A stretch of DNA of 63,894 nucleotides, the filler included, from Octopus bimaculoides (lineage: Eukaryota): assembly GCF_001194135.2 (NCBI RefSeq). It is 5 parts of 5 records of this genome, joined end to end, with 100 filler letters (N's around TTAATTAATTAA, not from the genome) between each part and the next. Parts side by side here need not be neighbours in the genome. Positions count along the whole stretch, not along the records: positions 26,427 to 35,556 come from NC_068982.1; positions 35,657 to 45,962 come from NC_068989.1; positions 46,063 to 58,761 come from NC_069003.1; 2 more parts are not named here. The stretch is one strand, 5' to 3'. The notes beneath the pieces were generated by a model. It had not been told where the DNA came from. It searched no databases and saw only the letters and a list, made by a program, of their open reading frames with translations. The translations under genes were made by a program, and so were the position numbers. Position 1 is the stretch's first letter, and each line of letters opens with the position of its first letter. Shown here in pieces: positions 35,071 to 49,137 of the stretch.

Positions 35071-35656
35071 ACGACTTCACACTCGTTCTCATGTGTATGT
35101 CTATATATGTATACACACATACACACGCACACATACACACATATATATATATATATACACACATGCTAACACATATATATATACACACACATACTTACAC
35201 ATATATATATACACACATGCAAACACATATATATACACACACATATACACATACGCACGCACACATATATACACGCACGCACTCACACACTCATATACAC
35301 ACACACATACACGCACGCACGCATATATACACACACGCACACACCCATATATATACACACACACAGGCACACACACAAGCACACACACTCACACACACAC
35401 ACATATACACACACACACATATACACACATGCACACACTCATATATTCACGCATACATACTTAGGTATACGTATATATATCCGGCATTCGCCATGAAAGA
35501 TCGCTAACCACTACACACATTTTTCTCTCCTTGTTTCTCTCCTTGTTTCTTTCTGTNNNNNNNNNNNNNNNNNNNNNNNNNNNNNNNNNNNNNNNNNNNN
35601 TTAATTAATTAANNNNNNNNNNNNNNNNNNNNNNNNNNNNNNNNNNNNNNNNNNNN

Positions 35657-35740
<84 letters not shown>
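35657..35740. repeat. (ATT)n microsatellite
   Basis: Direct reading; it abuts the 3' end of the R4/Dong element. Confidence 0.95.
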
Positions 35741-35741
<1 letters not shown>

Positions 35742-37100
35742 CGTTTGACCTTTGCTTTGTATTTGTACAAGTGGGCTCCAAGTTTCACCCAGAGACTACA
35801 AGAGGCAACAAGTCAGAGTGTTTCTCCATGATCTCATACATTCAGATAAGAAGTTTCGCTGAGTAGATGTTACTTTATGCATTTCCAGACATTTCTTAAT
35901 CCAGCTTTGTGGTAGACTATCAAAAACTTTTTTATACTCTATCCAGGCTATCGACAAATTTTTGCGTCGTTTGTAACAATCTTCCAAGAACATCTTATTG
36001 TTGCGTAGCTGATCTTTTCAACCATAGGACCCACGTTTACATCCTTTTTGCTCATTAGGGAATATGCCACGTTCTATTAAAATACTATAGGTATATTCAG
36101 TCAAGACATATTTTATTTTATACATTGTATTTTATACAATGTATTTTATACATTGTTGTTAAGCAGGTTATGGGTCTATAATATTTGGGTTCATTTGTTT
36201 CTTCATTTTTTGGAAGGAGCAAAGAGGGAATCATACTAGGTTGTTGCAAAACATTGTTGTAAAGTTTTGTTAGCAGTTCATGGCTCTCTGGGAAGGCATT
36301 CAACCAGAAGTTAGGAATTTTATCTCTCCTGGAGACTTCCATTTGCTTGACTTCCTGAGAGCAGATTTTATATTCTCTACCTTGATACCCTCCCACTTTT
36401 GCTCTTCTAAGGAGTCTAAGTCTGTAGATATTTTATCAATCCAAGGGACCTTTTCATTCTGTGTTTTTTCTTCTCCCCAAATTTTATTCCACAATTCTTG
36501 CACTTCTTTTGATGGGACAGACTTTACTGTAACTGGTATTTTCCCTGTCTTCCTGTAAAACGTTTTGGGGTCATATCTGAACGTGTTATTGTCCTTCAAG
36601 AATCTAATGCACTTTTCATACCTTGCTATGCGAGCAGCTTTAGCACATACCTTTTGCATGATAGTTTCTATGGTGGTATCGATGTCAAGTATGGTTTCAG
36701 ATTTTTGTTGGTTTGAGCCTTATCAAACTTAAGGTTTTTTAAACATTCTATGTCAGACCTAAGTAGCTGAATTTGGTATTCAATACGCTCTTGCCAAGTA
36801 GGCTTTTTGTAGGAATGTTGTCGTTTTCTAATATTTTCACCACAAAGAATCGTTGAGATTTTCGCGGATGCCTAGTGCAGGTGGTTGAGATATGTAATAT
36901 CAACATCATTAACTGAAATTATTTCCTTAAGTTCAAGGCGGATTTTACCAATTATTTTCAGGTTCTGGTTAGAATTGCGAATTTTGGGAGAGTGTCGCGT
37001 TCATTCATACTGATTTCTTTAATTTTCAACAATTCAATCATGATTTGACTTTTTAGATCATGTAGTTCTGTTGGGTCAATTTCTGTAACTTTCATGCTAG
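35741..37100 (-). mobile_element. R4/Dong-clade non-LTR retrotransposon, degraded and internally deleted
   Basis: KPTWQERIE.QI..LRSD; KVCAKAARIARYEK..DPKTFYRK..ELWNKIW; KWKSPG-DKIPNFWL; LLPKNEETNEPKYYRPITCLTTMYKI; NLSIAWIEYKKVFDSLPQSWI. These are characteristic R4/Dong RT-region motifs. They are followed directly by a short 3' UTR and (TAA)n. Confidence 0.9.
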
Positions 37101-37232
37101 CAACTTTTATGCAACATTTTTGAATGCCAGCGAAATGTCAGTGCCAGTTAATCACTAAAGGAATTTTGTCATCTATTGTATTGTGTTTGTTAAAATTATG
37201 CGTGAAGGTTTGACTATCTTTGCTAATCTTAG

Positions 37233-37761
37233 CTATTTCATGACATAATGATATACAAAATCATTTGCATGTTTCCAGTAATCCCCTATGTCAGTAGAAA
37301 TCCGTTTTATCCTCAAAAGTTGAGATTTCGGATTTGACCGAATAAGATGATGTGGATGATCGGAGCGGCGGTAGATATAAATGTGGGATGTCGTGGTCTT
37401 GCAAAATAACTCTGTCACTATTCTGCCTCCAGAAAACTTGACTTTTGTTTCCAAAAATTCAACGTTAGTTTTTGAAAAGCTAGACATAAATTTTTATGTT
37501 GGACTTAAAGCCATAGTGTCTAGCATAACAATCACATAAATGCAAGAGGTTCATTAAACTATCCTGTGATCCTTCCGAGACAAAAAATATGTCATCAATG
37601 AACTGTAACCAGAGTATTGGTTCATGACCATGAAGGGATTTGAATGTCTTCAGTAATTGTGTCTCGAATTTCGTCATGAAGACAATAGCGAAATTAACTG
37701 TCATGGCGGTACCCATGGAGCAACCCTTTGACTGGTGGTAAAATATTTGTCTAAACTTCAT
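37233..37761 (-). mobile_element. Penelope-like element reverse transcriptase fragment
   Basis: YHQSKGCSMGTAMTVNFAIVFMTKFE...PILWLQFIDDIFFV...VEFLETKV...TELFCKTT..H.YI.RRSDHPHH..RSNPKSQLLRIKRIS, matching PLE RT motifs (G.AMG, RYIDD, FLD, S.HP...SQ.LR). Confidence 0.9.
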
Positions 37762-38100
37762 TCTCTTTTTTCTTTCCTTTTTTTTCTGTCGTCTTCTTTT
37801 TTCTGTTTTTGTCTTCTGTCTTTTTCCTTTCGCCTGTTATAAAATTGAAACTTAAAAACTGATGATGTCACTCCATCAACGTGTGGACGCTGGTTGCTCT
37901 CGTTCATACTTTACGTTTAAATTTCTATAATTTTGAATTTTTATCTCTTCTTATTTTGAACTTGACAAAGACAGACTTACTGTTGAAATATCATTCATCC
38001 AATAAAATATCTATTACAATCGAATCGCGCTCTTCGTTTTAACTGTTTATCTTTGTGAAGAGTTACGTCAATCCTTTTTCAAATATAATTATTATTATTA

Positions 38101-38155
<55 letters not shown>

Positions 38156-38344
38156 CATTAGGCGAGCAGGCAGAATCGTTAACTGGCAGATTCTCCTCTT
38201 CAAGAGAAGATTGGCAATCTTTTTTGAAGAGGGGAGCGGGTTTTACATATCCTTACGTTAATTTCGCCAATTATTTCTCTTACAGACAGGTAGGCAGACA
38301 GGTAGATAGATAGGTAGACAGACAGACTTGCAGACAGAGAGACA

Positions 38345-38347
38345 AAC

Positions 38348-38380
<33 letters not shown>

Positions 38381-38390
38381 NNNNNNNNNN

Positions 38391-38432
<42 letters not shown>
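38345..38432. repeat. (GATA)n tetranucleotide microsatellite
   Basis: Direct reading. Confidence 0.95.
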
Positions 38433-38434
<2 letters not shown>

Positions 38435-41128
38435 CAATAATAATATCATAGAGAAATATTTAAGAAATAGTAGGAGCATTATTTTGCATTACGAAATTTG
38501 AATTTAAGACTATTGTATTTCTTTCATTCCATAATATTCTTTTAAGTGTAAATAATTTTCAGTTACTCTGAAAATAAATAGAATATTTTGAAATATTTTG
38601 AACTGAAAAACTATAATTTAATTGAGAATAATTCAATCATATGCTTTTAATAAATTGACTAAATAATTATGTATGTCTATATGTATCTGTGTGTATGCAT
38701 GTGTGTGTGTTGGGTGGGGGGGCTGACCGTGCTTTTTTAATATGAAGTTATGGAATGAACATTTTTTTAAAATGTGATTAGTATTTTTCTGATACGGAAA
38801 TGAATTTTCATTAATATTGTTATATAAGATTTTTATAACATCATTTCCCTTTTTATAGAATATTTTTTCAAAACCTAACTGAGAGTTAAATAAAATTTAT
38901 TGAAGACACTTGATGTCTGTATAAAGGAAGTACTATGGTGGTATTCTCAATGTGTGAAGCCAAGAAATATAATAATTGCATTAGTTACGTGAAAGCATGT
39001 TTCATAAGAAACGTCAAAAAATTTATCCTTTCATCTAATACGGTCAATTTTTTAAAAAATAAAGAAAGGGAATGCATCAGTCATGTGTGAATATGTTTAT
39101 CGAAGTAATTCTTGACAAATAAAGAAAGGATTAATTGAAAACTGCATTATATTAGTATATATACATACACATAAATACACACACACGTATATATATATAT
39201 ATATACACTCAATAAAACTATATAAAGAGACCCTCCGCAAAATCCTGCACGATCAGGTGAAAAACGTTTTATTTAATATGTGACATTAATAAAAATCAGT
39301 AAATGTACAAACATCCAGATTTCTGAGTACCTTAATTTTTTTCTATATAATTTCTGTACATCACCTCCANNNNNNNNNNNNNNNNNNNNNNNNNNNNNNN
39401 NNNNNNNNNNNNNNNNNNNNNNNNNNNNNNNNNNNNNNNNNNNNNNNNNNNNNNNNNNNNNNNNNNNNNNNNNNNNNNNNNNNNNNNNNNNNNNNNNNNN
39501 NNNNNNNNNNNNNNNNNNNNNNNNNNNNNNNNNNNNNNNNNNNNNNNNNNNNNNNNNNNNNNNNNNNNNNNNNNNNNNNNNNNNNNNNNNNNNNNNNNNN
39601 NNNNNNNNNNNNNNNNNNNNNNNNNNNNNNNNNNNNNNNNNNNNNNNNNNNNNNNNNNNNNNNNNNNNNNNNNNNNNNNNNNNNNNNNNNNNNNNNNNNN
39701 NNNNNNNNNNNNNNNNNNNNNNNNNNNNNNNNNNNNNNNNNNNNNNNNNNNNNNNNNNNNNNNNNNNNNNNNNNNNNNNNNNNNNNNNNNNNNNNNNNNN
39801 NNNNNNNNNNNNNNNNNNNNNNNNNNNNNNNNNNNNNNNNNNNNNNNNNNNNNNNNNNNNNNNNNNNNNNNNNNNNNNNNNNNNNNNNNNNNNNNNNNNN
39901 NNNNNNNNNNNNNNNNNNNNNNNNNNNNNNNNNNNNNNNNNNNNNNNNNNNNNNNNNNNNNNNNNNNNNNNNNNNNNNNNNNNNNNNNNNNNNNNNNNNN
40001 NNNNNNNNNNNNNNNNNNNNNNNNNNNNNNNNNNNNNNNNNNNNNNNNNNNNNNNNNNNNNNNNNNNNNNNNNNNNNNNNNNNNNNNNNNNNNNNNNNNN
40101 NNNNNNNNNNNNNNNNNNNNNNNNNNNNNNNNNNNNNNNNNNNNNNNNNNNNNNNNNNNNNNNNNNNNNNNNNNTAGTATAAAAACAAGAATACATATTA
40201 TTTTCAAATAGTAGAAAATCTTTAGCAAAGTGAAAACAGTACTTATCCAAATTTTTCCGTAATTCAAACTCATATATATGTATGTATGTATGTAGGTATG
40301 TATGTATGTATGTATGTATGTATGTATGTATAGGTGTGGTATTGAATGCTTTAAAGAACACACATCCGTTCCTTGAAATTAGCATAGACTGCACCCGGAA
40401 CCATGTTGTTGGGAAACAAGCTTCACCTGCCACACCTGGACTTTGGAAGAAATTTTTTTTCGTTTATTTTGTGGTGTGTTTTGTTTTCTTAGAAATATGC
40501 AGTTTTGGTGAAGGAATTGTTTATGTGAAGTTGATTAAAGAGCAGAATTCTTTCGTAGTAAGAATATCCTCAACTGCGCACGCGCGCACCTGTGCGAGCA
40601 CCTGTGTGCGTGCGTGCGCGCGCGTAGTTTTGATAAATAGTCAAATAAGTAAAAAATGGACTGTGGGGGATGGTCTTTTTTTTACTTTCTGATGTTTGTA
40701 GTTGAAACTCCGAACAGGAAAAGAATGAATCACTAGAACAGCTGAACACACACACAAAGTAAAACAAAAGAATTTCTTCCAAATAAATAAGAAAGAAACA
40801 AAGAGGAGAAAAAGAAAACCAAAAACGAATATTGTACGTGACATCACGCACGTATACACATACTCATATATACACACACACACATACACATATACACGTA
40901 TCAAAATTTGCACATACATATATAGGAGAAATTGCGCATGAATTTAGCTTATGAATCTGCAAGCATATATACACGGATACACGTATACATGCACACGCAT
41001 GTGCGCATACACACATAAATACATATATGTATATACACATACACAAATACAAGCATATATATATATATATATATACAATTATACACATATGAATACATAT
41101 TACATACATATATAAATGCATACATACA

Positions 41129-41160
<32 letters not shown>

Positions 41161-41318
41161 CACACATATACGTATACATACATATAGTGTATATATATAG
41201 TACACACAGTCACGTACACACTCCCATAGACACATACGTACACACACATACGTATACATAAATGTGTACGTATACATATATATACCCAAATATACAAGTT
41301 TCTACGTGCATACATATA

Positions 41319-41690
41319 TTGGGTTGAGTCATAAATAATTTCCGTTTTTTTTAATTTTTTGGAAGTAAATTGTAGCGACGCATTTCGAACTTCAGACGTT
41401 TAAAATTGAAATGGAAATTACTGTTTTTAAAAGAGATTTATCTGTCATTCATATTCAAGCATTGAAAGGGTGCACATCATAGTTTAATATTAAATTTCAC
41501 TTCCCTAAAATGGCTGAACTGAAAGTGCGTGTGATGTTGTGTGAGTTTAAGAATGGAAAAAACATCAGAGAAACAGTTAAGAAAATATGCAGTGTTTACG
41601 GCCAAAGTGCTATTATTGACCGGCAGGTGCGAAATTGGTTTTCAGAGTTTCGTTCCGGAGATTTATCACTGAGAGATCAACTCAGACCAG
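41319..41690 (+). mobile_element. Mariner relic, 5' end and HTH region only
   Basis: TA followed by TIR-like ttgggttgagtcataaataatttccg; ORF MAELKVRVMLCEFKNGKNIRETVKKICSVYG..AIIDRQVRNWFSEFRSGDLSL. Confidence 0.85.
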
Positions 41691-41692
41691 AA

Positions 41693-42605
41693 CGTGGTCT
41701 CATCAATAAGTATCCGGACTGTTACCATAGTAACGAAGCTAAAGCACGCAGAGTAAATTCGCTTGGCACAGATTAACCTTGAACGTTTGGCACGGATTGA
41801 CCATGACGTTGTGCATGCGCACTACGTTTTAACATTCTAGCTCACTTCCGCTGTTTACAGAAATGCTTGGAAGGAACGTGTGTAGCATATGATCGTCACA
41901 ATGACAATTACAGAGAAAGTTGAGCAGAGAATCTGCATCAAATTTTGCCAAAAGTTTGGCGATACCTGCTGAGAGGCCTACGCAAATTTTTGAAAATGTT
42001 TTCATCGTTCTCAACACAATGAAGGAGATCTTGTGCAACTGAAACCCGAGTGCCTTTTTGGTCAGCTAAAAGCAGTTTTGGCACAAACTTGGCAGAGACG
42101 CGTCTCGTACCCAAATCTTCAATGATAATGAACTGAACTGTAACTAATTTGCACATCCTCTGATAACTCATGGATGGTGATTCGACAATTTTCTCTCACA
42201 GCTGCACGCACATCTGCAATGTTTTTCTCAGTTCTGCCGGTTGCAGGTCTCCCAGAACGTTCGTCAACATCGACATTTTTTCGATTGTCTTGGAAACGTC
42301 TGACCCGTTCTTACACTTGTGTGCGACTCATACACTCTTTCTCCATAAACTTTCTGCAACTTTGCGTTAGCCTCTGAGCAGGTATCGCCATGTCATCTTT
42401 CTCTGTCATGGTTGATGCGACGATCACACACTACACACCTTTCTTCCAAGCACTGCTATAAACAGCGAAAGTGAGCTAGAATGTTAAAACTTAGTGCGCA
42501 TACGCAGTAGTGTTCAAGGTCAATCTTTGCCAAGAAATTTTACTCTGGGTTTTTTTTAGGTTTGTTACTATGGCAACACCCTGGACACTTTTTGATCAGA
42601 CCTCG
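41693..42605. mobile_element. Rearranged mariner made of two inverted 5' ends (irritans-like)
   Basis: About 190-nt inverted terminal identity (cgtggtctcatcaataagtatccg... / ...gacactttttgatcagacctcg-TA). The plus arm encodes EKVEQRICIKFCQKFGDTC. The minus arm encodes GDTCSEANAKLQKVYG...ERSGRP...RITIHELSEDV...DLGTRRVSAKFVPKLL. Confidence 0.85.
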
Positions 42606-42920
42606 TATAACACTCTCTATATTTAGATATTTATTTTCCTCTTCTTTTCTCTTTTATATAAATGCTGACAATTTTATGGACGATAGAAAATGGTGCACCA
42701 AAACGATAGGAAAAAACCATTGATAAATCTCAACATTCGTGTAAATATATGTACAAAGAATTGAAGCACTTGAATAAAGAAATATGGTTGTAACGTCTCG
42801 GTTGTAAATATTATCAGCTATCGTTTGATTATATACAGTTTACAGTGTATATTCAAGACATTAAAATAAAGCTGGCGAATTAGGCATTTACACAGTTTTC
42901 TTTTATTATTATTATTATTA

Positions 42921-43249
42921 CTGAGTGAGAGAGCAGTGCATGCCATCAAAGTGACACTGGGGTAAAATATACGAAGCCCATTATACCTATCATGACTACC
43001 CGTTTGATAAGGGTACACCAGGCACATGCATCACAACCATATGTACGCGACACAGTGATCTCATCAAGATAAACAGTGCATGACCGTGCAGGTGGGGCCC
43101 AGTTAGAATTTTGTTCAGGTCGAGTAGCCCATCCCGCTCAAAAGGTCCCTGAATAAGGTTTGTTTAAGGATGTTGAGCAAAACACCCATGTTTCCAAAGG
43201 TGAGTTATTCAAACGCCAAAGAATTCCTCTCAGCACATGGTTATGATGC
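42921..43249 (-). mobile_element. Unclassified element abutting (ATT)n, copy 2
   Basis: Near-identical to 25945-26326; ends at an N gap. Confidence 0.7.
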
Positions 43250-43504
43250 NNNNNNNNNNNNNNNNNNNNNNNNNNNNNNNNNNNNNNNNNNNNNNNNNNN
43301 NNNNNNNNNNNNNNNNNNNNNNNNNNNNNNNNNNNNNNNNNNNNNNNNNNNNNNNNNNNNNNNNNNNNNNNNNNNNNNNNNNNNNNNNNNNNNNNNNNNN
43401 NNNNNNNNNNNNNNNNNNNNNNNNNNNNNNNNNNNNNNNNNNNNNNNNNNNNNNNNNNNNNNNNNNNNNNNNNNNNNNNNNNNNNNNATTATTATTATTA
43501 TTAC

Positions 43505-43541
<37 letters not shown>

Positions 43542-43723
43542 GCAGAGTATTAATCAGTACATTGTCTTTAAACTGACGTATAACATAACTTTCTGCTGCG
43601 TTGATATCTCATTTGCATTCCATTGGTTAGGCTGCATTAAGATTTAAACGTATCCATGCAGTTTTATTTAAGGTCTTACCACTAGTAAAGTATTTGAAGA
43701 TTCAGACTCTACTAATATCTAAG

Positions 43724-43765
<42 letters not shown>

Positions 43766-43899
43766 NNNNNNNNNNNNNNNNNNNNNNNNNNNNNNNNNNN
43801 NNNNNNNNNNNNNNNNNNNNNNNNNNNNNNNNNNNNNNNNNNNNNNNNNNNNNNNNNNNNNNNNNNNNNNNNNNNNNNNNNNNNNNNNNNNNATATACA

Positions 43900-44150
43900 T
43901 ATGTATCAATGGTTGAACAACAGAAATAATGCAACAAGGAGAAAAGTTAGACGAAAGCAAAGTAGAAGAAAACTAAACGGACGGGATATTAGACAACTAC
44001 ACGATACACGGAATATTCGGAACTGAATTTTCCACTTCAGTCAAAAACGCAAAATATCATAGCAGTTTCACGCCAATTATCTTTGATACTGCTCAATTTT
44101 GCAGATGTCAGTGCTTTTATTAAGTTACTGGGAAAAAGCTAGCGAATGTG
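43900..44150. repeat. Diverged direct repeat, partner at about 44850-45088
   Basis: Shared gtatcaa..gttgaaca...gttagacgaaa.caaagtaga.gaaaactaaac...cgcaaaatatcat.gcagtttcacgccaatta...gggaaaaagctagcgaatgtg. Confidence 0.85.
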
Positions 44151-45090
44151 TACTATGACAGAAACAAACAAAACATTATATAAATACAACGGACAACGAA
44201 TTATGCATATATAACAGCACGTTTCCTTACAGCTATATACAAACGAAGAAAGAATATAATAATTAGACATATACTACAAATACAACAGAAAGAGCTTTGC
44301 AGCTGTCGAACGAACTGAGTGGGGTTGTGCAAAAAGGAAACAGAGTAAGTCTTAGAGGAAAGAACGGACGTAGCAGGAGCTGAGGCCAGTGTGACCAGTC
44401 TATAGAGCGAAAAAGAATGACACCGCGTTTACTGGGCACCGGTCACGTGATATGGAAGATGAAGTGTTGAGAGAAGGAAAGAAGGGGCGGCAGAGAGAGA
44501 GAGAGAGAGAGAACGACGGAGCAGAGGTAGAAAGCGAGGAGAAATGACAGAGAGAGCGAAGGAAGAAGCAGAGTAAGAAAGAGAGAGAGGGGAAAGATGC
44601 AAGGGGGCAAGCGAAGGCGGAAAGAGAAGGTAAAATGGAGAGAGTAGGATTAGAGGTGAAAAAAGATAAAGAGTGAATTAGGGGGACTGAAAGAGAGAGA
44701 GAGAACGAAAAAGAAAGAGAGACAGAAAGAGAAAGATTGGAGAAAAAATAGAGTAAGGGTGGAGATAGGTCTAAGAGTGGCACAAGAATATCCAGGGAAT
44801 ATTCTTTTACAATAAAGTAAACAAACAGTGTGCATTGCGCTACATCGATGTATCAAGAGTTGAACAAAAAGAATACAAGGAGAAACGTTAGACGAAAACA
44901 AAGTAGACGAAAACTAAACAGACGGGAAATTAGATGACACGAGACAGAATATTCGCATCTGAATTTTTTCTCTTCAGTAAATGACGCAAAATATCATTGC
45001 AGTTTCACGCCAATTACCTTTGATTCTACTCAATTTTGCAGGCGCCAGTGCTTTTAATAAGCTACCGGGAAAAAGCTAGCGAATGTGGTA

Positions 45091-45960
45091 TATCAGGTCA
45101 TTAAGAACGAATGTGCGATTTTCTTATGCACCACGTTTGACAGTAGTTAACTCTAATGTTTTATCCTGACAATTCTTTGTTTTACAACATTGAAGAGTTG
45201 CATCAGCACTTTTCGAAATGCAATTCATAGTATTTGATTATATTGTGAGTTTTCTCTTGTAAATCAATTTTTGTGAACCCATGGATCAAAACTTCGTGTT
45301 GTTTGTGAATATGAGTTCCATAGTGGGACCAATGCAACCCAGAAAGCTCGAAACATCAATGAGGTGTTTGGTGAAGATGTGGCAAATGAGCGCACTGTAT
45401 GCGGATGGTTTGAAAAGTTCCAGTCTGGTGACTTTACTCTTGAAAATCAGCCACGCGGTAGACCTGAGACCAAGGTGGATAATGATGAGCTGGAAACTGT
45501 AGTGGAAGCAAATACATCTCAAACTATGCGTGAGTTAGCAGCAAGGTTTGATGTTTCGATTCCAACTCTATTGGACCATCTGAGACAAACCGGCAGAGTA
45601 AAGATGCTGGAAAAGTGGGTACCACACGAACTGAACGGGCATCAAATGACGCATCGTCTTGAAATTTGCCGTTCTTCGCTGTCACGGCATAAAAGCGAAC
45701 ATCGTACTGTTACGTGTGATGAAAGATGAATTATTTTCAACAATAGCAAGCGTTTTGCACTGTGGTTGGATAGAGACAAAGTGCCAAATTACAATCCAAA
45801 AAAGGATATCCACCAAAAAGGCTAATGGTTTCTGTTTGGTGGTCCAGTGCTGGTGTCATCCACTACAGCTTCATGAGACCTGTTAAGTCCATTACAGCAG
45901 ATGAATACATCAACTAACTGGATGAAATGATGAGTGAACTTGCAATTAAATAACCGATGT
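45091..45960 (+). mobile_element. Mariner transposon (Hsmar1/SETMAR-like), frameshifted pseudogene
   Basis: EYEFHSGTNATQKARNINEVFGEDVANERTVCGWFEKFQSGDFTLENQPRGRP...KWVPHEL...VTCDE...KRLMVSVWWSSAGVIHYSF. The WVPHEL motif and first catalytic Asp region are present, with stops and frameshifts. Confidence 0.95.
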
Positions 45961-46062
45961 ATNNNNNNNNNNNNNNNNNNNNNNNNNNNNNNNNNNNNNN
46001 NNNNNNTTAATTAATTAANNNNNNNNNNNNNNNNNNNNNNNNNNNNNNNNNNNNNNNNNNNN

Positions 46063-46124
<62 letters not shown>

Positions 46125-47032
46125 TGTGTGTCTGTGTGTCTGTGTTTGTGTGTGTGTGTGCACATGTTTCGCCATATTTGGTTGCGTTGCCTTGGCAACT
46201 GAATCCAGGCCAATAGAAAAACAGGAATCGGCTTTTCGCTAAATGAGGCACCATGTCTGTAGTGGTGGTCATACCGTCAGGTTGTTGGCTGGACGACAGA
46301 CCGACATTGCCAATATTTGCTTAACTACGTGTGTGTGTATGTTTACATTCCAATACACGCACACACACACACACACACACCTGTCATGTACCATAGGTTA
46401 ACACCAATCGTTGGCAGATGACAACAATAAAGAATGCTATCGACAAGAGTTCGAATCACGGCGGGGATATTGTGTGAAACTATTTAACGAACGGAGAAAC
46501 ATTTAATTCAAGTTGTGTGTGTTTGCGTGTGTGTGTATGTGTGTGTGTGTGCACGTGTGTATGTACACGTGTGTGTGTGTGTGTGAAAGTGTGTGTGTGT
46601 GTGAAAGTGTGTGTGTGAGCGTGTGTTTGTGTGCACGTGTGTGCACGTGTGTGCACGTGTGTGCACGTGTTTGTGTGTGCACGTGTGTGTGGGCACGTGT
46701 TTGTGTGTGTGCACGTGTGTGTGGGCACGTGTGTGTGTGTGCAAGTGTGTGTGTGTGCACGTGCATGTGTGCAAGTGTGTGTGTGTATGTGCACGTACGT
46801 TTGTGTGTCTTTTATCCTTTTACTTGCAAATTACGTGATTACAAATTACGTAATTTTTGCCAACTGGAAAACTCCATTGCCGACATACTGGAAGTCGCGT
46901 CTCTGTGCTTGGGTAGGAACAGTACAGGAACCTTTGTGTGGTCTCTCGACCTGCAAGAAATTGTAGCTGCTTCTTCTTCTTCTTCTTCTTCTTCTTCTTC
47001 TTCTTCTTCTTCTTCTTCTTCTTCTTCTTCTT

Positions 47033-47069
<37 letters not shown>

Positions 47070-47151
47070 CGCTTCACTGCACCGGCAAGTTATGTTTGTT
47101 GGGAAATATAAATTTACCGCTCGACATCAACCATCAAAACTGCGCAACAAA

Positions 47152-48150
<999 letters not shown>

Positions 48151-48299
48151 TTCTATTAATGACAATAATTTTAGGGGATAGTTTTCATAACACAAAAGAA
48201 TGAGTAGTTCGTTTATGCCGACGCGTGTGAATTCAGAATGATCAGAAATCATTTTGATGAGTAATCCGGAATAAAATAAACAGCACAACCGCGGTGCAG

Positions 48300-48592
48300 A
48301 ATGGTTAAAGGTGGAACAGAATAAGTTGCTGTGAAAACGTTGTTCCTAGCATCACCGTCGAAACTATCCAGACCGTTGTTACAAAACTACCGACAGAAAA
48401 CCGTTTAGGAAAGACCTGGTTTTCAGGTATTGGGTCAGGAAGCTCAGATGTGCAGCATAACCTTAACCTTTGGGCTGGGTGGTGTGCATTCTCACTTGCT
48501 ACCATGGGGGCTTTTCTAGAGTTGGATTTTCTACGGGGAGCATGCCCTTGCTTACCCCCGACCTCAGTTTCTAGATATGAGTGGTCTCGAGA

Positions 48593-48595
<3 letters not shown>
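48300..48595 (-). mobile_element. Possible RTE-clade LINE 5' region
   Basis: The minus strand has gggcatgctccccgtagaaaatcc followed by a degenerate RFSVGS..T, resembling RTE 5' UTR and endonuclease start. From memory only. Confidence 0.35.
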
Positions 48596-48627
<32 letters not shown>

Positions 48628-48999
48628 TACACACGCGCGCGCGCACACACGTCTATATGAAGTATGTTTCGAATACTGGAGTATATGTATGTTAGATATT
48701 GCTGCAATTACCATCAAGGTAACCTCTATATAGTCCAGCAATGTTACGTTTCTCTGAAGATTTGACAATGCATTTTCATTTGGTAATGAAACGTACGTAA
48801 GATGTTGTAGCTAAATATTTTATGAAGAAACTCACATATTTTCTACAAGTACTCTGTGACATACTAAAACTCCGGATTCATGCGAAATGATAAATGGAAA
48901 ATAACACGAATAGGAATAGCAAAAATGAGAAATCCTAAATGTTGGTTATTTTTCGTTCAGTTTATATTATAAGCTCTACTACATATAAATATGTGCGTA

Positions 49000-49054
<55 letters not shown>

Positions 49055-49069
49055 ATGTATACACATATG

Positions 49070-49137
<68 letters not shown>

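Noticed and set aside
25945-43249. Possible CRISPR-like or regularly spaced repeat arrays
   Set aside because: No constant repeat with unique spacers. The repeats are eukaryotic interspersed elements and microsatellites.
44010-44050. Minus-strand CTGAAGT-GGAA..TTCC-GAAT motif in the 43.9/44.9 kb repeat
   Set aside because: The core is incomplete in both copies and there is no stem I pairing.
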